DNA of 64,000 nucleotides from Escherichia coli. GTDB taxonomy: Bacteria; Pseudomonadota; Gammaproteobacteria; Enterobacterales; Enterobacteriaceae. The notes under the pieces were generated by a model. That model was not told where the DNA came from. It worked only from the letters and a program-made list of their open reading frames with translations, and searched no databases. The DNA lies in the NCBI RefSeq assembly GCF_003018255.1, contig NZ_CP027440.1; one strand, written 5' to 3'. The position numbers and the translations under genes were made by a program. The number at the start of each line of letters is the position of its first letter. Within the stretch, counting starts at the first letter, position 1. Shown here piece by piece: positions 34,017-46,052 of the stretch.

Positions 34017-34793
34017 ATGCCTCGTTTTGCAGCTAATTTATCCATGATGTTCACCGAAGTGCCTTTTATTGAACGCTTCGCCGCAGCGCGAAAAGCCGGG
34101 TTCGATGCTGTGGAGTTTCTGTTTCCCTATGACTACTCCCCCCAGCAAATCCAGCAGCAACTGGCGCAAAACCACCTGACGCTGGCGCTGTTCAATACCG
34201 CTCCCGGAGATATTAATGCGGGAGAATGGGGATTATCCGCCCTTCCCGGACGTGAGCACGAAGCACGTGCAGACATCGACCTGGCACTGGAATATGCATT
34301 GGCGCTCAATTGTGAACAAGTCCATGTGATGGCAGGCGTCGTGCCCGCTGGCGAAGATGCTGAACGGTACCGGGCAGTATTTATTGATAATCTCCGCTAC
34401 GCTGCCGACCACTTTGCGCCACACGGCAAGCGAATATTGGTTGAAGCACTCAGCCCCGGCGTTAAGCCTCATTATCTCTTCTCCAGCCAGTATCAGGCAC
34501 TGGCTATTGTTGAAGAGGTTGCGCGAGATAACGTTTTTATTCAACTAGATACTTTCCATGCGCAAAAAGTAGATGGCAACCTGACGCATTTAATCCGCGA
34601 CTACGCCGGGAAATATGCGCACGTACAAATTGCCGGACTACCTGATCGACATGAACCGGACGATGGAGAAATCAACTATCCGTGGCTGTTCCGCCTGTTC
34701 GATGAAGTGGGATATCAGGGCTGGATCGGTTGTGAATACAAACCTCGTGGCCTCACCGAAGAAGGACTTGGCTGGTTTGACGCCTGGCGCTAA
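34017..34793 (+). CDS. ygbM: Hydroxypyruvate isomerase-family protein (2-oxo-tetronate isomerase-like, TIM barrel)
   Basis: ORF track 258 aa; [13 protein letters not shown]-terminus of Hyi/OtnI family. Confidence 0.9.
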   Translation: MPRFAANLSMMFTEVPFIERFAAARKAGFDAVEFLFPYDYSPQQIQQQLAQNHLTLALFNTAPGDINAGEWGLSALPGREHEARADIDLALEYALALNCEQVHVMAGVVPAGEDAERYRAVFIDNLRYAADHFAPHGKRILVEALSPGVKPHYLFSSQYQALAIVEEVARDNVFIQLDTFHAQKVDGNLTHLIRDYAGKYAHVQIAGLPDRHEPDDGEINYPWLFRLFDEVGYQGWIGCEYKPRGLTEEGLGWFDAWR

Positions 34794-34881
34794 TTCGTTA
34801 AATCCCCAATTACAACGTACCCATACATCCCCCCATCTACGGATGGGGTAGGTTAACTATAACTTTCAGACAGGGTTTCCC

Positions 34882-36246
34882 ATGTCCACAATTACATTGT
34901 TATGCATTGCGTTAACTGGCGTAATCATGCTGTTGCTGCTGGTCATCAAGGCAAAGGTACAACCATTCGTTGCTCTGCTCCTCGTCAGCCTGTTAGTCGC
35001 ACTTGCGGCGGGTATACCGGCGGGCGAAGTGGGTAAAGTGATGATCGCCGGGATGGGCGGTGTGCTTGGTTCCGTCACTATTATTATTGGTCTGGGCGCT
35101 ATGCTGGGGCGTATGATCGAACACTCTGGTGGTGCAGAGTCACTGGCTAATTATTTCAGTCGCAAGTTAGGCGACAAACGAACTATCGCTGCGCTGACTC
35201 TGGCAGCGTTCTTCCTCGGTATTCCCGTCTTCTTTGATGTCGGCTTTATTATTCTTGCGCCAATCATTTACGGTTTTGCCAAGGTTGCCAAAATATCACC
35301 ACTCAAATTTGGTCTGCCTGTCGCTGGGATCATGCTCACTGTTCACGTGGCGGTACCGCCTCATCCAGGCCCTGTCGCCGCAGCGGGGTTACTCCACGCA
35401 GACATCGGCTGGCTAACCATCATCGGTATTGCGATTTCTATTCCCGTAGGGATTGTTGGCTACTTTGCAGCGAAAATAATCAATAAGCGCCAATATGCGA
35501 TGTCGGTCGAGGTACTGGAACAGATGCAACTGGCTCCGGCCAGTGAGGAAGGCGCGACAAAATTAAGCGATAAAATAAATCCACCGGGCGTCGCGCTGGT
35601 CACCTCGCTAATTGTTATTCCTATCGCGATTATCATGGCGGGTACGGTTTCCGCAACACTGATGCCGCCTTCGCATCCCCTGCTTGGTACGCTACAGCTG
35701 ATCGGCTCACCAATGGTAGCTCTAATGATTGCGCTGGTGCTGGCATTCTGGTTATTGGCTTTACGTCGCGGCTGGAGCTTACAACACACCAGCGACATTA
35801 TGGGCTCAGCCCTTCCCACTGCGGCGGTAGTGATTTTGGTTACTGGTGCTGGAGGGGTATTTGGCAAAGTGCTGGTGGAATCGGGCGTCGGTAAAGCCCT
35901 TGCCAACATGTTACAAATGATTGACCTGCCTCTGTTACCAGCCGCATTTATTATTTCACTGGCGCTGCGTGCATCGCAGGGGTCAGCAACCGTAGCAATC
36001 CTGACAACCGGCGGGTTACTCTCAGAAGCGGTGATGGGATTGAATCCAATTCAGTGCGTATTGGTGACGCTGGCAGCCTGCTTTGGTGGGCTTGGCGCGT
36101 CACATATTAATGACTCAGGGTTCTGGATTGTGACCAAATATCTGGGGTTGTCGGTAGCAGACGGGCTGAAAACCTGGACAGTGTTAACGACCATTCTCGG
36201 TTTTACCGGATTCTTAATTACCTGGTGCATATGGGCGGTAATTTGA
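34882..36246 (+). CDS. ygbN: GntP-family acid-sugar permease
   Basis: ORF track 454 aa, multi-pass hydrophobic, GntP-like. Confidence 0.9.
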   Translation: MSTITLLCIALTGVIMLLLLVIKAKVQPFVALLLVSLLVALAAGIPAGEVGKVMIAGMGGVLGSVTIIIGLGAMLGRMIEHSGGAESLANYFSRKLGDKRTIAALTLAAFFLGIPVFFDVGFIILAPIIYGFAKVAKISPLKFGLPVAGIMLTVHVAVPPHPGPVAAAGLLHADIGWLTIIGIAISIPVGIVGYFAAKIINKRQYAMSVEVLEQMQLAPASEEGATKLSDKINPPGVALVTSLIVIPIAIIMAGTVSATLMPPSHPLLGTLQLIGSPMVALMIALVLAFWLLALRRGWSLQHTSDIMGSALPTAAVVILVTGAGGVFGKVLVESGVGKALANMLQMIDLPLLPAAFIISLALRASQGSATVAILTTGGLLSEAVMGLNPIQCVLVTLAACFGGLGASHINDSGFWIVTKYLGLSVADGLKTWTVLTTILGFTGFLITWCIWAVI

Positions 36247-36253
36247 CCTTAAT

Positions 36254-36290
36254 AAAAGGTCCGATGGGCATCGGACCTTTTATTTAGCGC
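36254..36290. terminator. Bidirectional terminator between convergent ygbN and ecdD
   Basis: AAAAGGTCCGAT-GGGC-ATCGGACCTTTTATTT: stem flanked by A-run and T-run, usable on both strands. Confidence 0.75.
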
Positions 36291-36520
36291 TTACCTTCCG
36301 CCAGCAGCGGCGGGATGCTCGGCACCATCGGCGCGTCATCAATATCTTTCTGCGTCATGCGGAACGCTTCGGGATAATGTTCGCGGCTGGTGCGGCGTAG
36401 CGGTTCGGTATCGCGCCAGGTATAGAGGCAATGCTGGCACTGGTAGACCATCCAGACATCTTTTACCGGCGATTTCGCCATCACTTCAATCTGTTCATCG
36501 GCACAACGTGGACAAATCAT
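36284..36520 (-). CDS. ecdD: Small subunit D of hydroxyarylic-acid (4-hydroxybenzoate/vanillate-type) decarboxylase
   Basis: ORF track 78 aa with zinc-ribbon-like Cys pairs (CPRCADEQ ... CQHC); immediately downstream of UbiD-like gene in same operon. Confidence 0.72.
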   Translation of the reverse strand: MICPRCADEQIEVMAKSPVKDVWMVYQCQHCLYTWRDTEPLRRTSREHYPEAFRMTQKDIDDAPMVPSIPPLLAEGKR

Positions 36521-36530
36521 CTTGTTCTCC

Positions 36531-37958
36531 TTATTGACGTGCGGCCAGCATAGCGGTCAGTTTTTCAGCCCAGGCTTTGGTTTCCGGTAAGTCCACCACC
36601 GGCTGGCTGTAGTGACCACGGTTGTCCGGGGCGACAGGCGTGGTGGCGTCGATAATCAGCTTGTCGGTGATCCCCGCCGGACTTGAGCCAGGGTCGAGTT
36701 CCAGCACGGACATATTCGGCAACTGTACCAAATCCCCTGCCGGGTTCACTTTCGAGGAGAGCGCCCACATCACCTGCGGCAGGTTGAACGGATCAACGTC
36801 TTCATCGACCATAATCACCATCTTCACGTAGCCCAGACCGTGCGGCGTGGTCATCGCACGCAGGCCCACCGCGCGGGCAAAGCCGCCGTAGCGTTTTTTG
36901 GTGGAGATAATCGCCAGCAGGCCGTGGGTGTACATGGCGTTTACCGCCTGCACTTCCGGGAACTCGGCTTTCAGTTGTTGATACAGCGGCACGCAGGTGG
37001 CAGGCCCCATCAGGTAGTCGATTTCGGTCCACGGCATACCAAGATAGAGCGATTCGAAAATCGGTTTGGTACGGTAAGAGACTTTATCGATACGCACCAC
37101 GGTCATGTTACGCCCGCCGGAGTAGTGGCCGGTAAACTCACCGAACGGCCCTTCAATCTCACGTTTACGACTTTCGATAACCCCTTCGAGGATCACTTCC
37201 GAGCCCCACGGCACATCAAAACCGGTCAGCGGGGCGGTGGCGATCGGGTACGGGCTTTCGCGCAGCGCGCCTGCCATTTCGTACTCAGACTGATCGTATT
37301 TCAGCGGCGTGGCCCCCATTAGGGTGATGATCGGATCGTTACCGAGTGTGATGGCAATCGGCAGATCTTCACCGCGCTCTTCTGCTTTATGCAGATGCAG
37401 GGCGATATCGTGCATCGGCACCGGTTGCAGGCCGAGCTTACGCTTGCCCTTCACTTCCATGCGGTAGATGCCGACGTTCTGCTTGCCGAAGTTATCCGGG
37501 TCGAGCGGATCGCGGGAAACCACGCACGCTTTATCGAGATAGAAACCGCCATCACCGTCGTTTAAACGAAACAGCGGCAGAATATTGAACAGGTTGATCT
37601 CGTCGCCATCGACGGTGTTCTGCGCCCAGGCTGGATTGGCGCGGCGCTCCGGGGCAATGGGGAAGTTATCCCAGCGGCGGATAAACTCATCAATCTGTTT
37701 TTTAACCGGGGTGTTTGGCGGCAGGCCGAGGGAAATCGCGTGGTTCTGCCAGGAACCGATGGTGTTCATTGCCACGCGGGCATCGATAAAGCCGCGAATA
37801 TTATCAAACCAAAGCGCGGGCGCGCCGTCGCCGATACGCCCGGTGGCGTTGGCTGCGGCTGCCAGATCCGGTTCCGCGTTCACCTCTTCGCTGATTTTCA
37901 GTAACTGGCCGTGGTCATCAAGCGCCTGTAAAAAGCTGCGTAAATCATCAAATGCCAT
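36531..37958 (-). CDS. ecdC: UbiD-family (prenylated-FMN-dependent) decarboxylase, subunit C of hydroxyarylic acid decarboxylase
   Basis: ORF track 475 aa; UbiD-family length and layout; between UbiX-like gene and small D subunit. Confidence 0.88.
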   Translation of the reverse strand: MAFDDLRSFLQALDDHGQLLKISEEVNAEPDLAAAANATGRIGDGAPALWFDNIRGFIDARVAMNTIGSWQNHAISLGLPPNTPVKKQIDEFIRRWDNFPIAPERRANPAWAQNTVDGDEINLFNILPLFRLNDGDGGFYLDKACVVSRDPLDPDNFGKQNVGIYRMEVKGKRKLGLQPVPMHDIALHLHKAEERGEDLPIAITLGNDPIITLMGATPLKYDQSEYEMAGALRESPYPIATAPLTGFDVPWGSEVILEGVIESRKREIEGPFGEFTGHYSGGRNMTVVRIDKVSYRTKPIFESLYLGMPWTEIDYLMGPATCVPLYQQLKAEFPEVQAVNAMYTHGLLAIISTKKRYGGFARAVGLRAMTTPHGLGYVKMVIMVDEDVDPFNLPQVMWALSSKVNPAGDLVQLPNMSVLELDPGSSPAGITDKLIIDATTPVAPDNRGHYSQPVVDLPETKAWAEKLTAMLAARQ

Positions 37959-38551
37959 TATTCATTCTCCTGAGAAAAATTCCGGGCCTGCGGCAATCCT
38001 TGCCAGCGCCTGGCGTGAGGATGTTCGAGGCCAAATTGATCCAGCACGCGGGCTACCACGTGGTGGACAATGTCATCTACCGTTTCGGGATGGTTATAAA
38101 AGGCAGGCATCGGCGGCACCATCGCCACGCCCATGCGCGAAAGTGCGAGCATATTTTCGAGATGGATTGTGCTAAGCGGCATTTCACGCGGCACCAGCAC
38201 CAGTTTGCGGCCTTCTTTGAGCACGACGTCCGCCGCGCGCCCCACCAGGCCATCGGCGTAACCAGCGCGGATACCGGCGAGCGTTTTCATACTGCATGGA
38301 ATAACGATCATGCCGTCGGTACGAAAGGAGCCGGAAGAGATAGTCGCCGCCTGATCCGCCGGGTTATGGCTGAAGTCTGCGAGGGCGGCAACATCGCGAG
38401 CGCTGTAAGGCGTTTCCAGTTCAATCGTGATTTTCGCCCACTTCGACATCACTAGATGAGTCTCGACATTCGGCATCTCCCGCAGCGCTTGCAGTAATGC
38501 CACACCAAGAGGCGCACCGGTAGCCCCTGTCATCCCGACGATCAGTTTCAT
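37958..38551 (-). CDS. ecdB: UbiX-like flavin prenyltransferase (Pad1-type), subunit B
   Basis: ORF track 197 aa; MKLIVGMTGATGA flavoprotein N-terminus typical of UbiX/Pad1. Confidence 0.9.
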   Translation of the reverse strand: MKLIVGMTGATGAPLGVALLQALREMPNVETHLVMSKWAKITIELETPYSARDVAALADFSHNPADQAATISSGSFRTDGMIVIPCSMKTLAGIRAGYADGLVGRAADVVLKEGRKLVLVPREMPLSTIHLENMLALSRMGVAMVPPMPAFYNHPETVDDIVHHVVARVLDQFGLEHPHARRWQGLPQARNFSQENE

Positions 38552-38697
38552 TGCTTACTCTCTTAATTGTTCGTATACGAACGTTATTATTAACATACTC
38601 CTTCATTTCCACAGCGGCAAGGATTGAAAAGTAACAACATCTTCTTCGTCACTGAAAAACCGCTATGATAGCGACAGAGAATTAGCCCGGAGTTTAC

Positions 38698-39105
38698 ATG
38701 GCGTTACGAAATAAAGCGTTCCATCAGTTACGACAGCTTTTTCAGCAGCATACAGCTCGCTGGCAGCACGAGTTACCTGACCTGACCAAACCACAGTACG
38801 CGGTGATGCGCGCCATTGCTGATAAGCCTGGTATCGAACAGGTGGCACTGATAGAAGCAGCAGTCAGCACCAAAGCAACGCTGGCAGAAATGTTGGCAAG
38901 AATGGAAAATCGTGGCTTAGTCAGACGTGAACATGACGCCGCTGACAAGCGGCGACGCTTTGTCTGGCTGACTGCCGAAGGAGAAAAGGTACTTGCTGCG
39001 GCGATCCCCATTGGTGACAGTGTGGATGAGGAATTTTTGGGGCGTTTGAGTGCAGAAGAGCAGGAGCTGTTTATGCAGTTGGTGCGCAAGATGATGAGCA
39101 AATAG
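38698..39105 (+). CDS. MarR/SlyA-family transcriptional regulator
   Basis: ORF track 135 aa; winged-helix region (LTKPQYAVMRAIADKPGIEQVAL ... RREHDAADKRR); divergent from the decarboxylase operon. Confidence 0.82.
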   Translation: MALRNKAFHQLRQLFQQHTARWQHELPDLTKPQYAVMRAIADKPGIEQVALIEAAVSTKATLAEMLARMENRGLVRREHDAADKRRRFVWLTAEGEKVLAAAIPIGDSVDEEFLGRLSAEEQELFMQLVRKMMSK

Positions 39106-39167
39106 GATGCTGATTGCCGGGTAGGACGCTGACGAGTCTTATCCAGGCGACAAAACACACCGACTTC

Positions 39168-39207
39168 CCAAACAAAAGAAAAAGGCCAGCCTCGCTTGAG
39201 ACTGGCC
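39168..39207 (-). terminator. rpoS rho-independent terminator
   Basis: Minus-strand reading: GGCCAGTCTCAAGCGAGGCTGGCC hairpin followed by TTTTTCTTTTGTT. Confidence 0.8.
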
Positions 39208-39225
39208 TTTCTGACAGATGCTTAC

Positions 39226-40218
39226 TTATTCGCGGAACAGCGCTTCGATATTCAGCCCCTGCGTTTGCAGGATTTCGCGCAAACGGCGCAGGCCTTCAAC
39301 CTGAATCTGGCGAACACGTTCACGGGTGAGGCCAATTTCACGACCTACATCTTCCAGTGTTGCCGCTTCGTACCCCAGCAAACCGAATCGACGTGCCAGT
39401 ACTTCACGCTGTTTGGCGTTCAGCTCGAACAGCCATTTGACGATGCTCTGCTTCATATCGTCATCTTGCGTGGTATCTTCCGGACCGTTCTCTTTTTCAT
39501 CGGCCAGGATGTCCAGCAACGCTTTTTCGGAATCACCACCCAGCGGGGTGTCTACCGAGGTAATGCGCTCGTTAAGACGAAGCATACGGCTGACGTCATC
39601 AACTGGCTTATCCAGTTGCTCTGCGATCTCTTCCGCACTTGGTTCGTGGTCCAGTTTATGGGACAACTCGCGTGCGGTTCGCAGGTAAACGTTCAGCTCC
39701 TTTACGATGTGAATAGGCAAACGAATAGTACGGGTTTGGTTCATAATCGCCCGTTCGATCGTCTGGCGAATCCACCAGGTTGCGTATGTTGAGAAGCGGA
39801 AACCACGTTCCGGGTCAAACTTCTCTACCGCGCGGATCAGCCCCAGGTTGCCCTCTTCGATCAGGTCCAGCAACGCCAGACCACGATTGCCATAACGGCG
39901 GGCAATTTTTACCACCAGACGCAAGTTACTCTCGATCATCCGGCGGCGGGAGGCAACATCTCCACGCAGTGCGCGACGCGCAAAATAAACTTCTTCTTCG
40001 GCCGTTAACAGTGGTGAATAACCAATCTCACCAAGGTAAAGCTGAGTCGCGTCCAGCACACGCTGTGTGGCTCCCTGCGATAACAGTTCCTCTTCGGCCA
40101 AATCGTTATCACTGGGTTCCTCTTCTACTAAGGCCTTTTCGTCAAAAACCTCAACTCCGTTCTCATCAAATTCCGCATCTTCATTTAAATCATGAACTTT
40201 CAGCGTATTCTGACTCAT
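39226..40218 (-). CDS. rpoS: RNA polymerase sigma factor RpoS (sigma-38)
   Basis: ORF track frame 342 aa; start placed at [21 protein letters not shown] (330 aa); sigma70-family regions 2-4. Confidence 0.97.
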   Translation of the reverse strand: MSQNTLKVHDLNEDAEFDENGVEVFDEKALVEEEPSDNDLAEEELLSQGATQRVLDATQLYLGEIGYSPLLTAEEEVYFARRALRGDVASRRRMIESNLRLVVKIARRYGNRGLALLDLIEEGNLGLIRAVEKFDPERGFRFSTYATWWIRQTIERAIMNQTRTIRLPIHIVKELNVYLRTARELSHKLDHEPSAEEIAEQLDKPVDDVSRMLRLNERITSVDTPLGGDSEKALLDILADEKENGPEDTTQDDDMKQSIVKWLFELNAKQREVLARRFGLLGYEAATLEDVGREIGLTRERVRQIQVEGLRRLREILQTQGLNIEALFRE

Positions 40219-40790
40219 AAGGTGGCTCCTACCCGTGATCCCTTGACGGAACATTCAAGCAAAAGCCTGGTTCCGCCGATTTATCGCTGCGGCAAATAAC
40301 GCAGCGGGTTTACGGATTTCCCCTTGTAACGAATTTCAAAATGCAAGCGTGTTGAACTGGTTCCGGTGCTACCCATGGTTGCTATTTTTTGCCCCGCCTT
40401 CACTTCTTGTTGTTCCCGGACCAGCATTGTGTCGTTATGGGCGTAGGCACTCAGGTAATCATCATTATGTTTGATGATAATCAGATTACCGTAGCCGCGC
40501 AGCGCGTTACCGGCATAAACAACGCGGCCATCTGCGGTCGCGATAATTGCCTGTCCTTTGCTGCCTGCGATATCAATCCCCTTGTTGCCCCCCTCAGAAG
40601 CGCCAAAGGTTTCGATCACTTTGCCCTCAGTCGGCCAGCGCCAGGTGGAGATAGGCGTACTGGTTGATGTACTGCTGACAGTCGGCTCGGTTGTGCTTGC
40701 TGTTGGTACCGTTACAGGCGCTGTGACCGTGGTCGCAGTTGGCTTGTTGTTCGGCAACATTTTGTTAGCACTCTGTTCACCCGAAGACTC
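40219..40790 (-). promoter_or_regulatory. rpoS long 5' leader and main promoter, embedded in the nlpD coding region
   Basis: From established E. coli knowledge (rpoS transcribed from a promoter inside nlpD with a leader of several hundred nt); only the gene arrangement is seen here, the promoter itself was not mapped. Confidence 0.5.
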
Positions 40791-41420
40791 AGAATACGTA
40801 ATTGTCGGTTGCGACGCAACAGCAACGGTGGAATTTTGTGCAGGCTTGATCACAACTCCTTGCTCTGCTGCGTCGGCCTGGGTAATGGCATTTCCGCCAG
40901 TGATTGGCGTACCGGAAGCATTACCCACCTGTAAGGTCTGACCGACGTTCAGCGCGTATGGTGCCTGAATATTGTTGCGCTGAGCAAGGTCACGGAAATC
41001 GTTGCCAGTAATCCAGGCGATATAGAAAAGTGTGTCGCCTTTTTTCACGGTATAGGTACTGCCGCTATAACTGCCTTTCGGAATGTTCCCATACTGACGG
41101 TTGTAGACGATGCGTCCGTTTTCCATCTGTACCGGCTGCTGAGCTACTGGCTGTACTGGCTGGATTTGCGGTTGTTGAGTAGCCTGAATTTGTGGCTGCT
41201 GTACCGGCTGAATTTGCGGTTGCTGCGCTGTAGACGTCGTCCCCATTTTCGGCGGCGGCGTAATCAACATACCAGAATTGGTATTTGCAGGCGCATTGCC
41301 ATTAACGGAGCTGACCGGTGCCGGTGGATTTGAAGTGTCAGAACAGCCTGCCAGCCATAGCGAAACCAGTGACAAAGCCGCAATGCGGCGAACGGTGAAT
41401 TTTGGGCTTCCCGCGCTCAT
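40281..41420 (-). CDS. nlpD: Murein hydrolase activator lipoprotein NlpD (LysM + M23 peptidase-like)
   Basis: ORF track 379 aa; lipobox LAGCS, Q/P-rich repeat linker, LysM and LytM domains. Confidence 0.95.
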   Translation of the reverse strand: MSAGSPKFTVRRIAALSLVSLWLAGCSDTSNPPAPVSSVNGNAPANTNSGMLITPPPKMGTTSTAQQPQIQPVQQPQIQATQQPQIQPVQPVAQQPVQMENGRIVYNRQYGNIPKGSYSGSTYTVKKGDTLFYIAWITGNDFRDLAQRNNIQAPYALNVGQTLQVGNASGTPITGGNAITQADAAEQGVVIKPAQNSTVAVASQPTITYSESSGEQSANKMLPNNKPTATTVTAPVTVPTASTTEPTVSSTSTSTPISTWRWPTEGKVIETFGASEGGNKGIDIAGSKGQAIIATADGRVVYAGNALRGYGNLIIIKHNDDYLSAYAHNDTMLVREQQEVKAGQKIATMGSTGTSSTRLHFEIRYKGKSVNPLRYLPQR

Positions 41421-41559
41421 TTATCCCCCAGGAAAAATTGGTTAATAACCAGTGACATAATTACCGTGCAAGGCACCATACTGAACACTGGAAAAGATGT
41501 TCACGATACGCTGACCTGCGGCAAAATAACCAGGAAAAATCCAGGTATTTCCTCACGTT

Positions 41560-42921
<1,362 letters not shown>

Positions 42922-42941
<20 letters not shown>

Positions 42942-43971
42942 AATCACCTGTTGTGTTGATAAGTTCCCTGACAACGCTGGTTGCAAAACTTCCCGCCGGA
43001 AGCCAGAAACGGATTTCTACGGTGACGTCATCCCACCAGTTCCAGCTTAATTGTTGCGGATACAGCAGCATCGCTCTGCGCGCGGCTTCAACTTTTTCGC
43101 GCACCAGTAAGGTTTGTAATTCAGTTTCTTCGGCGACAGCTGCTTGTTCGAATGCCAGCGCTTCACGCTGAGTTCCCCATTCGCCACTGCCCGGCAATGC
43201 GGCGGTTATCATCAGCTCTTTATCGTTGACGCGACGCTGTAATTCCGCCAGTTCTTCGGTGGTTGCAACAAACCAGCTACCACGTCCGGCTAATTGTAGC
43301 GCATCGCCGTCAACAACTTGATTAACGTCTGCTTTTTTGAGGCGCTCAGCAACAATCTGATTAAACAACGCACTGCGGGCTGCCGACAACCAAAAACTCC
43401 GTTTATTGCGATCGCGCACCGGAGTATTGGTTTGCGCCCAACGCAGCGCGCCCTGCAAGTTGCTACCGCCAATCCCAAAACGTTGGGCACCGAAGTAGTT
43501 CGGTACACCTTTTACGCAAATATCGATCAGACGTTGTTCAACGTCATCGCGATTGCTCACTTCGCGTAGTACCAGGGTAAAGGCGTTACCTTTCAGCGCC
43601 CCTAAACGCAGCTTGCGCTTGTGCCGCGCATACTCCAGCACCTGGCAGCCTTCCAGTTGAAAGGCGCTCAGATCGGGCATCTCTTTGCCCGGCACGCGAG
43701 CGCATAACCACTGTTCCGTAACAGCATGTTTATCTTTTTGCCCAGCGAAGCTGACTTCACGGGCATGAATTTTCAGGAATTTCGCCAGTGCATCCGCCAC
43801 AAAACGGGTATTGCAGCCGTTTTTGAGGATTCTAACCAGAATATGCTCACCTTCACCATCAGGCTCAAAGCCCAAATCTTCCACCACCACAAAGTCTTCC
43901 GGATTGGCTTTCAGCAGCCCGGTGCCTTGCGGTTTACCGTGGAGGTAAGTGAGATTATCAAACTCAATCAT
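42922..43971 (-). CDS. truD: tRNA pseudouridine(13) synthase TruD
   Basis: ORF track 349 aa; operon position between ispF and surE. Confidence 0.94.
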
Positions 43972-44447
43972 TTTGTTGCCTTAATGAGTAGCGCCACCGC
44001 TTCACAGGCAATCCCTTCCCCACGTCCGGTAAATCCCAGTTTTTCCGTAGTAGTGGCTTTCACGTTAACATCATCCATATGGCAGCCGAGATCTTCGGCA
44101 ATAAACACGCGCATTTGTGGAATGTGCGGCAACATCTTCGGTGCCTGAGCGATGATAGTGACATCGACGTTGCCGAGGGCATAACCTTTCGCCTGAATAC
44201 GACGCCAGGCTTCGCGCAACAGCTCGCGGCTGTCGGCACCTTTAAATGCCGGATCGGTATCCGGGAACAGCTTGCCTATATCTCCCAGCGCCGCCGCGCC
44301 AAGCAATGCATCGGTCAACGCATGGAGCGCCACGTCGCCATCAGAATGCGCCAGCAGCCCTTTTTCGTAAGGAATGCGTACGCCACCAATGATAATTGGG
44401 CCTTCACCGCCAAAGGCGTGTACGTCAAAACCGTGTCCAATTCGCAT
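43968..44447 (-). CDS. ispF: 2-C-methyl-D-erythritol 2,4-cyclodiphosphate synthase
   Basis: ORF track 159 aa; [12 protein letters not shown] zinc-binding N-terminus. Confidence 0.96.
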
Positions 44448-45157
44448 TATGTATTCTCCTGATGGATGGTTCGGGTGAGGTAAAATTCGGCCAGCGCCAA
44501 ATCCTCCGGGCGCGTTACCTTGATGTTATCCGCGCGGCCTTCAACAAGTTGCGGATGAAAACCGCAATATTCCAGCGCCGAGGCCTCATCGGTAATGGTA
44601 GCGCCTTCATTTAGAGCGCGCGTCAGGCAGTCATGTAACAGCTCACGAGGGAAAAATTGCGGCGTCAGCGCGTGCCATAAGCCGTTGCGATCAACGGTAT
44701 GAGCAATGGCATTTTTGCCCGGTTCGGCACGTTTCATCGTATCGCGCACCGGCGCAGCGAGGATCCCCCCCGTGCGGCTGGTTTCGCTCAACGCCAACAA
44801 TCGCGCGAGGTCATCCTGATGCAGACAAGGACGAGCGGCGTCATGCACCAATACCCACTGCGCGTCGCCAGCGGCTTTCAGACCTGCCAGCACGGAATCG
44901 GCACGCTCTTCACCACCATCAACAACCGTGATTCGTGGATGATTCGCCAGAGGAAGTTGTGCAAAGCGGCTATCGCCAGGACTTATGGCAATGACGACAC
45001 GTTTCACCCTGGGATGCGCCAGCAGCGCATACACCGAGTGTTCAAGAATGGTTTGATTACCGATTGAGAGATATTGCTTAGGACATTCCGTTTGCATTCG
45101 GCGGCCAAATCCGGCCGCCGGAACCACGGCGCAAACATCCAAATGAGTGGTTGCCAT
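44447..45157 (-). CDS. ispD: 2-C-methyl-D-erythritol 4-phosphate cytidylyltransferase
   Basis: ORF track 236 aa; [11 protein letters not shown] nucleotide-binding motif. Confidence 0.96.
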
Positions 45158-45175
45158 GTTAATTCCCGGGCTGAT

Positions 45176-45487
45176 TTATCGATTATTTTGCCCCGCAGAC
45201 TGTGCGCGCTTTGACGCGTCAGGCACCAGACGATAAAACGTTTCGCCCGGCCTGGTCATGCTGAGTTCATTACGCGCACGCTCTTCGAGCGCCTCCTGGC
45301 CGCCATTGAGATCGTCAATTTCGGCAAAAAGCTGATCGTTTCGCGCTTTAAGTTTCGCGTTTGTAGCTTGCTGTGCCGCCACATCATTATTGACGCGAGT
45401 ATAGTCATGTATACCGTTCTTACCGAACCACAGCGAATACTGTAGCCAGACCAGAATAGCCAGCAACAGCAGCGTTAGTTTACCCAT
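45176..45487 (-). CDS. ftsB: Cell division protein FtsB
   Basis: ORF track 103 aa; N-terminal TM helix then coiled coil. Confidence 0.94.
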
Positions 45488-45679
45488 CCTGCCCCCTGAA
45501 AAACGGCATCTTCATCCCATGCATCCGAAGACGACTCTACATCCTCTGTTGGGGATACCGCGACAACGCGGGCAAATGTACCACATTTGTCCATTGTTAC
45601 GTATACCCAGGGCGTGCAGAACATAATCTCATTATTAGTTACGGATTGAATTATGAACAGAATAGAGAGGAAAGAACAA

Positions 45680-46003
45680 TTAACCCAGTAGCCACATAAA
45701 CAGCGCACCAAACATAATGCCAACCGTCGCCAGAGTGAAAACAATACTGTAGCGTAGCTTTCCGTCCATCAATGAATGCAGTGCAATCCCCACCACTACA
45801 GCGACGGGCATCAGCGCCAGAAAGAAAGGCCAGGTGTAGATAAAAAAGAGCAGCGTGTTAGAGCCATAAATCAACATCGGAATTGCCAACGCGCACAGCC
45901 ACGATAAAAAACCAACCACAGCGCCTGGCAGCGACCATGTGGTGTCTTCAACCTCAGTAAGGCTGTCGTTATTTGTTAATGTAATGTTGTGGCTGTTACG
46001 CAT
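45680..46003 (-). CDS. ygbE: Inner membrane protein YgbE (DUF3561)
   Basis: ORF track 107 aa, three predicted hydrophobic helices; position between ftsB and cysC. Confidence 0.82.
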   Translation of the reverse strand: MRNSHNITLTNNDSLTEVEDTTWSLPGAVVGFLSWLCALAIPMLIYGSNTLLFFIYTWPFFLALMPVAVVVGIALHSLMDGKLRYSIVFTLATVGIMFGALFMWLLG

Positions 46004-46052
46004 ATCTGATCCTGTTACTTTGACGAACCGGGCATGGAAACCCGGCGGTGTC

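Noticed and set aside
39106-39160. Possible REP-like element between the MarR gene and rpoS (GGACGCTGACGAGTCTTATCCAGGCGAC)
   Set aside because: Only partial resemblance to the REP consensus seen elsewhere in the window; could be a degenerate copy, insufficient to call.
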